A stretch of 63,572 bases of DNA, the filler included, from Folioceros fuciformis (lineage: Eukaryota): the NCBI GenBank assembly GCA_049999805.1. It is 3 parts of 2 records of this genome, joined end to end, with 100 filler letters (N's around TTAATTAATTAA, not from the genome) between each part and the next. Parts side by side here need not be neighbours in the genome. Positions count along the whole stretch, not along the records: positions 31,027 to 60,993 come from JBNGIO010006236.1; 2 more parts are not named here. The stretch is one strand, 5' to 3'. A program made the position numbers and the translations under genes. The notes beneath the pieces are model-generated. The model was not told the origin of the DNA and did not search any database. It saw nothing but the letters and a program-made list of their open reading frames with translations. Shown in pieces: positions 49,263 to 61,093 of the stretch. The first letter of the stretch is position 1, and each line of letters begins with the position of its first letter.

Positions 49263-50746
49263 ATGGTTCCCAAAGTCTTGAGCGTGGCCTTCCTTCTCCT
49301 GTGGGCGGTGACGCTCATTGTCGACTTTCCAGGTAGCAAATCCTTCAAGGATCTTATGCGAATTCGGCAACCGTGCAGTTGGCACTCGTTTCCCTTCTTC
49401 TTGTTCGGGAATCATGCACTTGGCACTCGGTTCCCTTCTTGTGTTATCAAATGCCTTACTGATATTCAATGGCACAGTCTGTCCATGAGGCTCGTTGCGC
49501 TCTCGTAATTGTTTTGATGGTGGAGAGATAATAGACAGCCATGCTTAGGCGGACGGAGCACCACATCATCCAGTAGTTCAACTTCTGCAGTGGATCCTCC
49601 CGGTGGTGTAGACATTGCAAGGGGCTACGGTGTTGTTCACGTCGCTGAGACTGTGTGCATGCTCATGTTAGGGTTTGTTTCTTGTTGTTAAGGATCAGGA
49701 GGATGACATCTGTGGCATTTGATTTACAGGATCCTGTGGCATTGGTGTGAATTATGGCCGGGTGGCTGACAATTTGCCTGATCCAGCGACCGCGGTGTCG
49801 TTATGTCAACGTCATTTCATCAAGGAAGCCAGAATTTATGATGCGGACATAGGCGTTGTGTCAGCATTCAGAGGCTCCGGTACACCGATAACCATTTCGG
49901 TGACCAATCAGGAGGTATCCGACATCGGCGGAAACTCGAAAGTGGGTGGACGACCGGGTTCTGGTACACTTGCAGACATGCAATCCGGTTCAGATCAAAA
50001 ACATTCTCATCGGTAATGAGATGCTGTTGATGGAGGGGTACGACGGTTCAACCCTTGTTCCTGCCATGGAGAACATGTATCATACTCTGGTCAGTTACGG
50101 CCTGGAGCACATACACGTTTCCACCACGCATGCTCTGAACGTGATATCATCAGAAGATGGGACATGGCCCCCCTCTGCGGCCAGATTTGGTATGCCAACG
50201 GTGATGCGACCGCTTTTGGATTTCTTGAATAGGACAGGATCTCCTCTGATGGTAGACTTGTATCCCTTTCTCGTGTACAAGCAATATGACACGGTGAGCC
50301 TTGAGTCTTGCCTGTTTCAACCGAATGCTGGAAACACTGACCCCAACTCCAATTTGGTTTACACAAACCTGTTAGACCAGATGGTTGACGCCTTCTACCA
50401 TGCAATGAGTGCTTGGGGCTATGACGATATCGACGTCGTCATAGCAGAAACAGGATGGGCGACACAGGGCGACGCTGATGAGAGAGGTGCGAACGTGGCA
50501 AATGCGCAAACGTACATGTCAAACCTGGCGAGGCATGTTGCCCGATGTCCGGGACCCGACGGTCCTTGTTGTCCGAGACCAATCGGTACTCCTCTTCGGC
50601 CCGGGCGATGGCTTCGTACATTTATCTTTGCTCTCTTCAATGAAGACAACAAGCCAGGCCCTACGTCGGAGAGGCACTTCGGCCTCTTTACCCCCGCAGG
50701 TATACCCGTTTATGACGTGGCACTTCAGGACTATCAAAATGTGTAG
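49263..50746 (+). pseudogene. GH17 beta-1,3-glucanase with one frameshift near 49942 (pseudogene or assembly error); intron 49333-49729
   Basis: Signal-peptide exon, GIGVNYGRVADNLP, IGNE, DLYPF, IAETGW, GTPLRPG, IFALFNEDNKPGPTSERHFGLF; frame changes between NSK and WVDD. Confidence 0.85.
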
Positions 50747-51610
50747 AAGGCCCTTCATTCTTGCCGACTTCGTTGTCCTCTTTTGGATGCACTTTCTTTT
50801 CTTGAGAGTGGCAAGTCAGAAGGTTGAGTCCACACGAAACTGTGTGCATCTGTATTGATTGGCCAACCAGAAGACTGAAGTAAAGTGAAAATGGGTTTCT
50901 TGTCCACGTGATTGCCGATAGCGTTTGCATCACGGCAAAAGTACGTGAGACCATGACTGACTTGAACAATGGTAGCGCTGTAGCTTCAGACTTGTGAGAA
51001 GTCCTGTCCTGGTAGCGCTGCGAAAGACATACGGTAGAAACTTTACTCGCTGCCCCGGGCGAGAATCAGCATTTCCTATTCGGAAATCATTAAGCTGCAC
51101 GCACGATTGGCTATGGCAACAAAATCTCGCTCTCCTTAGAGTGTCTAAATATATACACTGCCGCTATTCTCGGATTCACACCACTCGCTTTGACAGATTC
51201 AGAGGCATGGCGCTTTGCGCCAAACCGGACACTAGCCAGAAAGTTTCTCACCCACGGTATCGTGAAATTTCGAAGGTTAGAACATCTCAATCGTGCATGC
51301 TCTTCCTCCGCTCCAACCATCCATCGGCCTGTAGGGACACTCTCTCACTCCAATTATTCCTGGATATATTGATGCCCACTTTTTTTTTCATTTCCTCTCG
51401 GCAAACCTACCAAATCGGACTATGCACCATAGGGGACACAGCAAAAATACGGCATAGGCATAGAGGAACAAGCACCTAGCCTCTTAGTTTTCATGTTCAG
51501 AACTTCTTCGCGACTCTGCACATGCATGCAATCACTTTCATACTTATTTGGTCTTCTCTAGGGTTGGATCTTTACAGCATTTTTTTTCTTTTTTTAGGGT
51601 TTTCCTAGGA

Positions 51611-51723
51611 GTCTTAGTGCCTACACTTTGTCTTAGTGCCTACACTCTGTCTTAGTGCCTACACTCTGTCTTAGTGCCTACACTCTGTCTTTGTGCCTAC
51701 ACTCTGTCTTAGTGCCTACACTC
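51611..51723. repeat. 19-bp tandem repeat x6
   Basis: gtcttagtgcctacactct. Confidence 0.92.
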
Positions 51724-52097
51724 GCAAGGTCGAGGTAGGTCTACTCTATTTTCTTCATGCTTAAGAACTAGCAAACAATTCTATGGAGTTGGAGTTGGTA
51801 TGATGTCTTACCATCAAGTTTGGTTGGGGAGGTTGCAATATCTTGGTGGAGGTCTTCATTCTCAAGATAAATAAAATGTATAGCGATCGAGTCCTCAATA
51901 GCCGTAGAATTGCCATCCATTGTGAAACTCCCAACATCAATTGAACTTCAAATGCCACAAAATTTTGGATTTCTGCCCAAAAGAAGTCCATCTACTCAAA
52001 GAAAGGCCAAAAGCATGGTATCCCTCATAATGTGCCGCTTGACCTTTCCATACCTCTTACTTGTATTTCTTCTTCAGTGTCTCTACCTTTTGCTTGC

Positions 52098-52680
52098 CTA
52101 GCGTTTAACAAACATTTTAATTTCATTGGCCTTCTTTGCTATTGCCATGGAGGAAGCTTTTCCCATCATGCCATGGTGAGAACTGTTGGTTGCTGAAATC
52201 ATGATCCACTCTTTTGGGCACTCCAACAAACTTAGAGTTCCTTTACAGACAATTTTCATTGCAACAAAATGTAACCACGTGTTGTTGGTGTTGCATGTTG
52301 TTACCTTGTTCTTCCTTTCACTCAAATATTTCTTTTTCAAATTCTGCATTTTTTGCTTGCGTTCTTCTGTAATGCCCAACATGTGCAAGAGAGTTGCATT
52401 ACGTACTTCTTTGGTTGCCTCTTCCCAACTTGGTTGTTAAGTTGCCACTTCTTTGGCTGCCTCTTCCCAACTTGGTTGTCAAGTTGCCACTTCTTTGGCT
52501 GCCTCTTCCCAACTTGGTTGTCAAGTTGCCTTGTCATAGTCGATATGAAACCATCTCATGGTATGCTTCAATCAATTTGATTGAAGCATACTATAATAGA
52601 ATAATCCTATCATGCCCTAATTCGTTATCCTTACGTTTTCCAGCCTTGGCCTTCTTAGCAATTCTACCCTTCAACTAGGC
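52098..52680 (-). mobile_element. Decayed Myb/SANT (trihelix-like) ORF, possibly a PIF/Harbinger accessory gene; contains a 42-bp triplication (~52405-52530)
   Basis: Frameshifted IKLIEAYHE / WEEAAKEV / KQKMQNLKKKYLSE...NTWLHF peptides; AT-rich and gap-rich context. Confidence 0.45.
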
Positions 52681-53302
52681 TACCTTGGTCACAAGACATT
52701 CAACACATTCTTTATTCAATGATGAAGTTGCTAGCAAGCTTGGTAAAACAGGAGCCATAGGTGGAGAGTTCGCTCTAGATGCATGGGGGTCTTCAGCAAT
52801 GTCGGGAGGAANNNNNNNNNNNNNNNNNNNNNNNNNNNNNNNNNNNNNNNNNNNNNNNNNNNNNNNNNNNNNNNNNNNNNNNNNNNNNNNNNNNNNNNNN
52901 NNNNNNNNNNNTATTTGCCCTTAGCAGCAATCTAAAGCCATCAAATCAACAAAACCAAGGTCATGAGAGTTTGGAATCCCAACTACCTAAGGATTGTCAC
53001 TTATGAATGCGTTCATAGCTTTCTAAAACACCCATTTGAAAGCATGCACCCCAATTGTGAGCTTCTTGGCCTCCAATTTATATTGCCACTTTAAGCCATC
53101 TATCTGGTTTCAACATTAAATTTCTATAGTGGCACAAAAGAAGAAATCATCACAACAATGTTGTCATAGTGGTGGGCTACCAAATTTTGCTATTGCAAGC
53201 GCNNNNNNNNNNNNNNNNNNNNNNNNNNNNNNNNNNNNNNNNNNNNNNNNNNNNNNNNNNNNNNNNNNNNNNNNNNNNNNNNNNNNNNNNNNNNNNNNNN
53301 NN

Positions 53303-53533
53303 GCTTGGTCATAACTATAGTTGGTGTAGCTCAAGATGCAAGTAGAGGATGAGTTTTAGAACACAGTGGAGTGTACTACAAAGTGGATGTCCTTAAAAAG
53401 TGCAATCAAGGCAAATGTGTTGTCAACTATCCATGCTACAAGTTTGACCTTTGGCTTGGTCATAACTATAGTTGGTGTAGCTCAAGATGCAAGTAGAGGA
53501 CGAGTTTTAGAACACTGTGGAGTGTACTACAAA
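53303..53533. repeat. Direct duplication with period ~151 bp next to an N gap
   Basis: gcttggtcataactatagttggtgtagctcaagatgcaagtagagga... at 53303 and 53454. Confidence 0.8.
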
Positions 53534-54963
53534 GAGAAGATAGAAGAGTCTAGCAGCTTGGGGAGGTCTGTTGCTCTTCTATAGAGAAGAGATGAAGCAA
53601 AAAAATGGAGAAATTGGAGAAGGGGCTTTCAAGAAATGGAAGATTCGCAAAAGTCTGGCAACATGAGCTCAACATGGAGGACTAAAAATCCTTCTAGCCC
53701 TTGCTCAAGCCGCAATTGAACAGTACATGCAATTGGAAAAGAGTGGTGGTAAGTCACAATAGGGAGGAAGAATGGGCGCCAAAGGCCCCTGCGAAAGAAA
53801 TGGAAAATGTTTGCGGAAATCACACATGTATGCTCACGGAGAAGATAGGCTGGTATTTCCATGCCAGGAAGATCGACCTGATATGTAAAATCATAATGTA
53901 AAAAATAATTACCCACAAGAGTAAACAATTCAATCTGCAAGAGCAACAGACAAAAAATTCCGTCTGGACCGCAGTAGCAGCATACAAAAATTTCCCTGCA
54001 GCTGTTGCTGACGGACCACCCCACAACTCAGGTGATATAATATTAGGGCGATGAATAGAGCCAGCTAAAAACCCAAAGTAAACACTACCTGAGTCATCTA
54101 CAAGGCCCCGATGAAATGAGGGGCCTCATGCTCGTGGAGGGCCTCATCCCCCTACATCAACGAAATGAGGGATTCAGGCCTCCGCACGGGGCTGAGGACC
54201 CCTAGATGGTTGAGATGAGAGGGCTCGCACTTAAGCTTTGAGTGGTGGGGAGAGTTTCGTTCGTTGGGTTGGCGACTTGTCCATTGTGGGATTTTGTTTT
54301 TCATTTCCTGAATCCCAATATTTCTTTTTCACTCCTCTGTCCACGCGCCAGCAAGTGGCCAGTGAGTGTGCCTGGGTTTGTGGAGGGTGCACGACGTTGG
54401 AATTTTTTCACTTATTTATTTGGCCTCATTTGGCAAAAAGGTTTTCTCTCATCCAGCCACCAAGCGCAGAGGAGGATAATGCGTTGTGCGAAAAAAGGGG
54501 GAAACGAGCTCAGAACTCTTGTTTTGGCATGCTATAACTGGCTGGTGGAGCCTTCAAGGCTAACCACAGCTAAAGAGTCTCAAGAACCAGAACAACCACA
54601 ATAGCACCCTCCCTGATCATTCCACCTGCAATTGCGAGAATTCAACACAGTGGCCTGTTCCATTCAAGACTTGCTGCTCCAAGCACGTCAGTGGACAAAA
54701 CATAGAAGTCACACCGTGAGCACAAAGGGGTGTAGCTTATCCTGAGTAATTGATGAAGTACGACCATTAAAATGCCTGCTAAGACTACGAGATGTGTTCC
54801 AAGAGGTCCTTTGAGTTGAGACATTTGGCATGGTTAAGGCATATAACCAAACCCGCAACCCCATAACTCTAGGGCAACATGCTTTCAGATGCGTTGTGTT
54901 GAACCTCACGCAAGAGATCACAAAAAGACTTGGTGAGTGAGGATCTAGGAGCAGAAAAAAATT

Positions 54964-55554
54964 CTACCGAGGAATGGCAGACAGAATTGCACGGCTCACT
55001 ATGCCCGTTGCCTCTATGTACCTCTCCGCACACCTTGATACGCAGCTACTTTCCCCGCCGCTGAGACTGGAGCTAGGTTTCGTGACACATTTTATGAAGC
55101 ACTTCTCTCTCACAGTCTGCAAACAGAAAACAGAAGAGAACGACAACAGCAGAAACATCAGTCTATCCTCCAGGCTCATCTAGGATTCCAAATTGAACCA
55201 AATGCGTCCGTCCGCCCACCCAACTCAGTCATTGTCTACCACCAACACGAGCTATCCCCAATTAGGGCTTCCTAGGGAACCCTACACCACACCAATACTC
55301 CTTCCCACACCCCAATTTCCATGAGAAGGCGCTTGGATTGCAACCCATACCACCAAATCGTTACACTCGCTGGGCCGACTTCCACTTTCTGATGGAAGAA
55401 ATCAACGACCAACACTGCAGCTGAAGGAAGGGAAGGGGCTGACCGCAAAAAACTCTTCCGCGTACACTTGAGCCATCTGCGCCTTCACTTGCTCCATGAG
55501 CATCTCGTTGGATGGGCCGCCTGAAGGCGAGGGGGCAGAGGTAAAGGCATCCAT
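54964..55554 (-). CDS. TIM13: Mitochondrial intermembrane-space small Tim chaperone; exons 55444-55554 and 54964-55116
   Basis: EQVKAQMAQVYAEEFFA|TVREKCFIKCVTKPSSSLSGGESSCVSRCAERYIEAT, twin Cx3C. Confidence 0.93.
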
Positions 55555-56613
55555 GTCGACGTGCGAGAACGCGGCTTGGGTGACACTCACATCCCCTAAC
55601 CCAGCTAGCCCTTGGTAAGCCAGAGGTACCAGAAACTAGAACCAAAGTAATCGTGTTCGTAACATTTTATATTAGCGTCCATAAAAGTCGTGTTGTCCAT
55701 GGTGGAGGAGATTGGTTGAGTCGCAGATGAGAAAGGTGAGGCGGCGAAAGGGAACCCGAATCCGAATGCGATGTGCGGTGAACAGTTGGACGCAGGGAAA
55801 GCACATGAGAGCGAAGAGGGAGCATTGGCGCCTCCGCTGATGAGGAGGAAAGCGGGCATGCAAAGAGCATGCGACCGGGCAAAAGGCAAGGAAGCAGTTG
55901 CGGCCACAGCGGGCGTCGGACGTAGCTGGCAACCCGTTCCCTTCAGCCCGTTATGACACGTTTCAACCAACCACCCACCGAATTGCCCAACAAATAACTT
56001 ACTCCTGTAACAGAGGCTGGTTAGCCAATACTAGCTAGCTAGCTAGCTAGCTAGCAAGCCGCTAGGTTAGCGAGGTTAAGTCCTGGTGCGGGCGGGGGTG
56101 AAAGCCAAGCGGAGCGGGTCCGTCGGTTACGAGGCGAGCTCGGGAAGAAGGAGGAAACGCAACAGCACGCACAGACACAAACACAAGCACAGACCCACTC
56201 ACGGACACGGACACGAACGCGGACACGGCAATGCACGCACAGGAACAGGATGCAGTTTAAAAAAGATATAGCTTTAGTGTAGCTAGATGCCTTCAAGTCG
56301 GTTGACGCTGTCGTTGCTTCTTCTCCCTTCCTTCTTCCTTTTCCATGTTCCGAATCTGGACTGCCCACTATCGTGCCTAGGCCTGCTCCTTCTGTGTGCG
56401 TGTGGTGGCAGCCGTCCTTTCCCCTTGCTGCTGTCGCTTCTTTGTCCCGACCCAGCTCCCGGTCCCTTTAAAACGAGCCCCGCTCGCTGCCACTATGGCC
56501 ATGACGCAGGATCCATGCGCAGCGCAGCGGCTGGGAATTCATCCGAATTCCGCTCAGCCTGCTAGCCTGGGGGTGGTGCCAGGATCCAAGTCAGGGCGCC
56601 CCCGCGGTTCCAG

Positions 56614-58020
56614 ATGACGATGAAGATCCCGACTACCGTGCTGCTGCTGCTCCTCGTCCAGCTCACGGTGTGGGATGGAATGCGGGTAGCAGAGGCCAAG
56701 CCGTCGTACCGAGATCGAACGCCGTTCCAGAATAGCTACGCTGTGTCGTGGTCGGCCGACCACGTCCGGTTGCTGGACGGGGGAGAACAGATTCAGCTCA
56801 CCCTGGACGAAGCCTCGGGCTCAGGATTCCAGTCCATCAACACTTTCCTCTTCGGCTACTTCAGTATGCAGCTGAAGCTGATTCCGGGCAATTCTGCCGG
56901 CACTATCACCAGTTTCTATGTAAGCTCAGTGTCAGCTCATGCTGTCCGTGTTTGCAATTGAAGGGATCCAGGACAGGGAAGGCAACAGGACAGTCTGGTC
57001 TGATCCACTTCCACATGGAATGCTGGGTTTGTGTGGGTTGAGTATGTGGGTGTGTTGATGATTCATTCTTTGTTTTCATCAAGGACTTCAGTCTGCAGGA
57101 TAGGACAGTCTAGATCTGCAGGATTCCCAAATTGAGTGAGCATTGGTTTTTTGTGGGTATCGTGAGACGTGTGTGGATGATACATTCTTCGTGTACTGCA
57201 GCAGCAGAATAGATGCAGCATTGAGATGCAGACATGACTGTTACTGTATATGGATTCACTGGCAGCTGACCTCGGAGGGCAGCAACCACGACGAGCTGGA
57301 CTTCGAGTTCCTGGGTAACCTTGCGGGGCAGCCATACGTCCTGCAGACCAACGTGTTCAGCGCAGGTGTGGGCGGGCGGGAGCAGAGATTCCACCTGTGG
57401 TTCGACCCCACCCAGGACTTCCATTCCTACAGCTTCTCCTGGAATCCTGAAGAGATCATGTACACACCATGACTGTCCATCTCGCCTGTGTGCCTGCCTT
57501 GATGCCTGACAGTGTAGGCCAGGGTTCCATGCCAGCTAACTGCGGCTGACGGAATTCACCCGGCACCGATTGCCCATGCCGTAACGGTTGCCTTGCCTTG
57601 CCGTTGCGGATTCCCTGCAGATTCTTCGTCGACTCGTACCCGATCCGCGTATTCAAGAACAACGAAGAGCTGGGCGTTCCCTACCCCAACAATCAGTCCA
57701 TGCGGGTGATCTCCAGCCTGTGGGACGGCAGCGACTGGGCCACCGACGGGGGAAAGGTCAAGATCGACTGGCGGGCCGCGCCGTTCGTGGCGTCCTCTAG
57801 ATCGTTCGGCCTGGCCAACACCTGCTTGTCGTCTTCACCCGACTGCAGGTCGGTGGCAGCAGGGAGCTGGTGGGGGCAAGGGGCGTATGTGGAGAATCCG
57901 CTGGGCGGTAAGAACGGCAAGAAGCTGGCGAGAGTGCGGAAACAGTTTCTCGTCTACGACTACTGCGACGATCACGAGAGGTACCCGGCTGTCCCACCGG
58001 AGTGTGCAAACTCCCCTTGA
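56614..58020 (+). CDS. XTH: Xyloglucan endotransglucosylase/hydrolase (GH16); exons 56614-56919, 57266-57459, 57621-58020
   Basis: [41 protein letters not shown]. Confidence 0.96.
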
Positions 58021-58820
58021 CCCCAGGTCGTTACTCGGCATCGGTACCTGTGCCGGGGCCGGCTGCTGCCGTCTTGGTTTTTGAGGTTTGAAGCATTTGC
58101 ACGGCACGGATTAGCATCAGCACCAGCAAATAACAGTAGTACTAGCGTAAGTATTGTGTGCAAGTGTGGGATAACCAATCCATGGGGCCAGCTCCAGCAT
58201 CCTGTCGGCGGCGGCGGATATCGAGGTTTGCGGAAAGCGATATCCTATCGGGCGAGGCCCCCAGACCTGTGACCATCAGTCCACTTGTGGACGTCGCATG
58301 CCTCGAGACGATCTTGTGAGCCACAACAGCAAGTCAGCTTGACACGCGCATGTGCAAGCTGGTCCAGCTTCACATCCACAGTGACGCTGCAGCAGTGGCC
58401 TCGGGAAGTGGGTGGGGACCCGGTGTGGTGCTCGCTAGCAGTGCTAGCAAGCCTGGCTTGTGCACAAGCGACAAGTGACAGACATGTGCTTCAATAAAAC
58501 CCCTTCCCTTCCCTTTCCTTCCCGGTGCCCAGTGCCCACCATCACATCACCGCTGCATCCCATGCTATGTCTGACCATTTTGATCACTGTTGTAAACGCT
58601 GCCTGCACATTTACTTCCGGAGGCTGACGTCCAGCTTTACCCTAGTATGTAGCAGAACAAATCGTGACAAATGTTCCTCCTCTGAGCCTGTCAGGGATCT
58701 GAATAGTTTTCTATTGAATCGATCGACTACCAGGGTGCCATATCCCGGGATATCTCGATTCTGTACAAAGATGCTTACAAGTGCCGCTAACATACAATGT
58801 CATGCTGGTACCAACCTACT

Positions 58821-60331
58821 CTATGGGGCAAGAGTGCACTCGGGGGATAGCTGGGGGTATCGACCGCGATCGTCGCAGTAGTCGTAGACTCCGTAGTGTT
58901 TTTTCACCCAATGAAGCTGGCCCACCTGAGCATCAGTGAGAGATCGGTACAGGGGATCGTCCCACCAGCTGTTGGAGCTCTGCTGGGCACAGTATGGGAG
59001 GGATCCGGTCCATTCACAGCCACTGGGCACTATGCTCCGAAAGCTGCCGGTGAAGGGAGCGCTATGCCAGTCGATCTTGACGGCACCTCCGTTTGTGGCC
59101 CAATCATCCGCGTCGTAGATGCTGGAGGTGATGGTCATAGGGTTGGAGTTGGGGTATGCCACACCCAGACGGTTGGCATTAGGAAACACTCGGACGGGGA
59201 TGTTGTCCACAAGCCATCTGCAAGTTTCGAAAAAAAACACAGGGTGTCACACATCGTGTCCTCAATAGGATGGACGCTCTGCGTGAATTCCTTAGTCGAG
59301 GAAGAAGCAGCTTGCCCAGAAAAAAAAATGAGCCCTGAAAAGCATTGCTGCTTGAAGGAGCGGCAGAGTGATGAAATAACTTACACAATCTGGTAGTGAT
59401 TCCAGAGAATAGTGTAGGTGTGGAACGAGGTCGAAGGGTCGAACCACAAGAAGTGGCGAACCTCCCTGCCCCCGATTCCAGCGGCGTACAAGTTGGTTTG
59501 CAAGATCACTGGCTGCCCTGATACGTTCCCAAGAAACTCGAAGTCGATCTCGTCGTGGAGTTGGCCGCTGGAAGTAAGCTGCGGAAACAAAAAAAATTGC
59601 CGAGCAGGGTGAGATGAGAGACCAATGCACTTGGCGGTGCTCTGGAGGTCTCCGGTTAGCAACTGCGCAGTGAGTGAGCTGAGCAAGAGGCCGGAGATTA
59701 CATAGAAGGAGAAGCAGGTTCCAGCAGAATTGCCCGGCACCGTCTTGATTTTGGCTTCAAACTTGCCAAACAAGTAACTTTTGTAGGAACCGAAACCAGC
59801 ACCTGCCAGACACACAATCCAGCCCAATGCGGTGATCAGGGGCAGTGCAAAACTCCGCAGCATATCGGCCATCCCAATCCCCGTGCCTCCGACTTGAGAT
59901 TGAACGGCAGCAATATACGACGCTCTCACTCAGACTATATATAGCATCACAGTCAGCTTGGAGTTGGATCCCAAGACAGTGACAGGCAACAAGTGTTACA
60001 GAACAAGTGTCAAACTTCCACCAGAATCCTCCCAATTCTCCCCCCAGTGCACCAAGCAACGTTGCGCCCAGCAAGAAGGCAGCATACTCAGCAGCTAGGA
60101 GCAGGGCGAGGAACGCTCACCTCCGCTCTGCGTGAGGGAAATCTGCACGGAGCCGGTGGCATCGGACTCCTGAATCTGGTTGGGAGACCAGAACTTCTGG
60201 AAGTTCTGGGTGAAGCCGATGCTGAAGGAGGGCTTGGCGACCTGGAAGGGATCCGCCCGCGCATGCACCCACAGGAGCGCGAGCCAGGCGAGCGCTGCCC
60301 AGGCCCCCATTCCGGCCCATTGACGGCCCAT
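58821..60331 (-). CDS. XTH: Xyloglucan endotransglucosylase/hydrolase (GH16); exons 60121-60331, 59702-59802, 59385-59578, 58821-59217
   Basis: [38 protein letters not shown]; canonical 101-nt and 194-nt internal exons; TATAAAAG near 60640. Confidence 0.96.
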
Positions 60332-61093
60332 GGGCGGTGGGCAGGTTGGAGTCGTGGGCGAAGGCCTTGGAAGCTGTGTCCAGCAAGCACCTGCAGCGGT
60401 GGGAGCAGCAACGGCAGGCGCAGCAACGGCAGCGGATGTTCTAGTCTCAGAGCAGCCGGTCCGGAGAAGAAACGCGGGACTGGGACTGCAGTGCGTTGGA
60501 AGACAAGGGGGCGAGGCTTGCGGCAATGCAAGGCCCCAGAGGCGGCCAACGGGCAGAATATGTAGAGTGGCGCGGGAGGCGTAGGAGAAGGGGTAGCGGA
60601 GGAGCTGAATTCAAGGGACGCAGGTGGAGCTCTTGTCTTTTATATTGCACCGCAAGGCCAGTCTCATCCTACGGCTGCCTCGCCCAAGGGCGGGATCGCA
60701 GAGGCCACCTGACACGGACTGCAGCTGGCGACTGTTACAGCTGCTGCTGCTGCAACAGCATACACCGGAGACTCTGATGAGGATGGAGCTGGACCTCTCA
60801 CCCGATTTCCTCTCTCTCTCCCGCTGCCAACACAGCGTCACACACGCCCCGGCCCGTCCCGTCTCTGCCCCGCTCAGTGCCCACCCCACCCAGGACTGGC
60901 CAGGCCTGGCTCGGCCTGCCAATTCCGCTTCTCTGGCTCTGGCTCTGCTCTGCCCTCTGCAGTGCTGCACTGTCTGCAGGCTCTGTGGCCGCGNNNNNNN
61001 NNNNNNNNNNNNNNNNNNNNNNNNNNNNNNNNNNNNNTTAATTAATTAANNNNNNNNNNNNNNNNNNNNNNNNNNNNNNNNNNNNNNNNNNNN

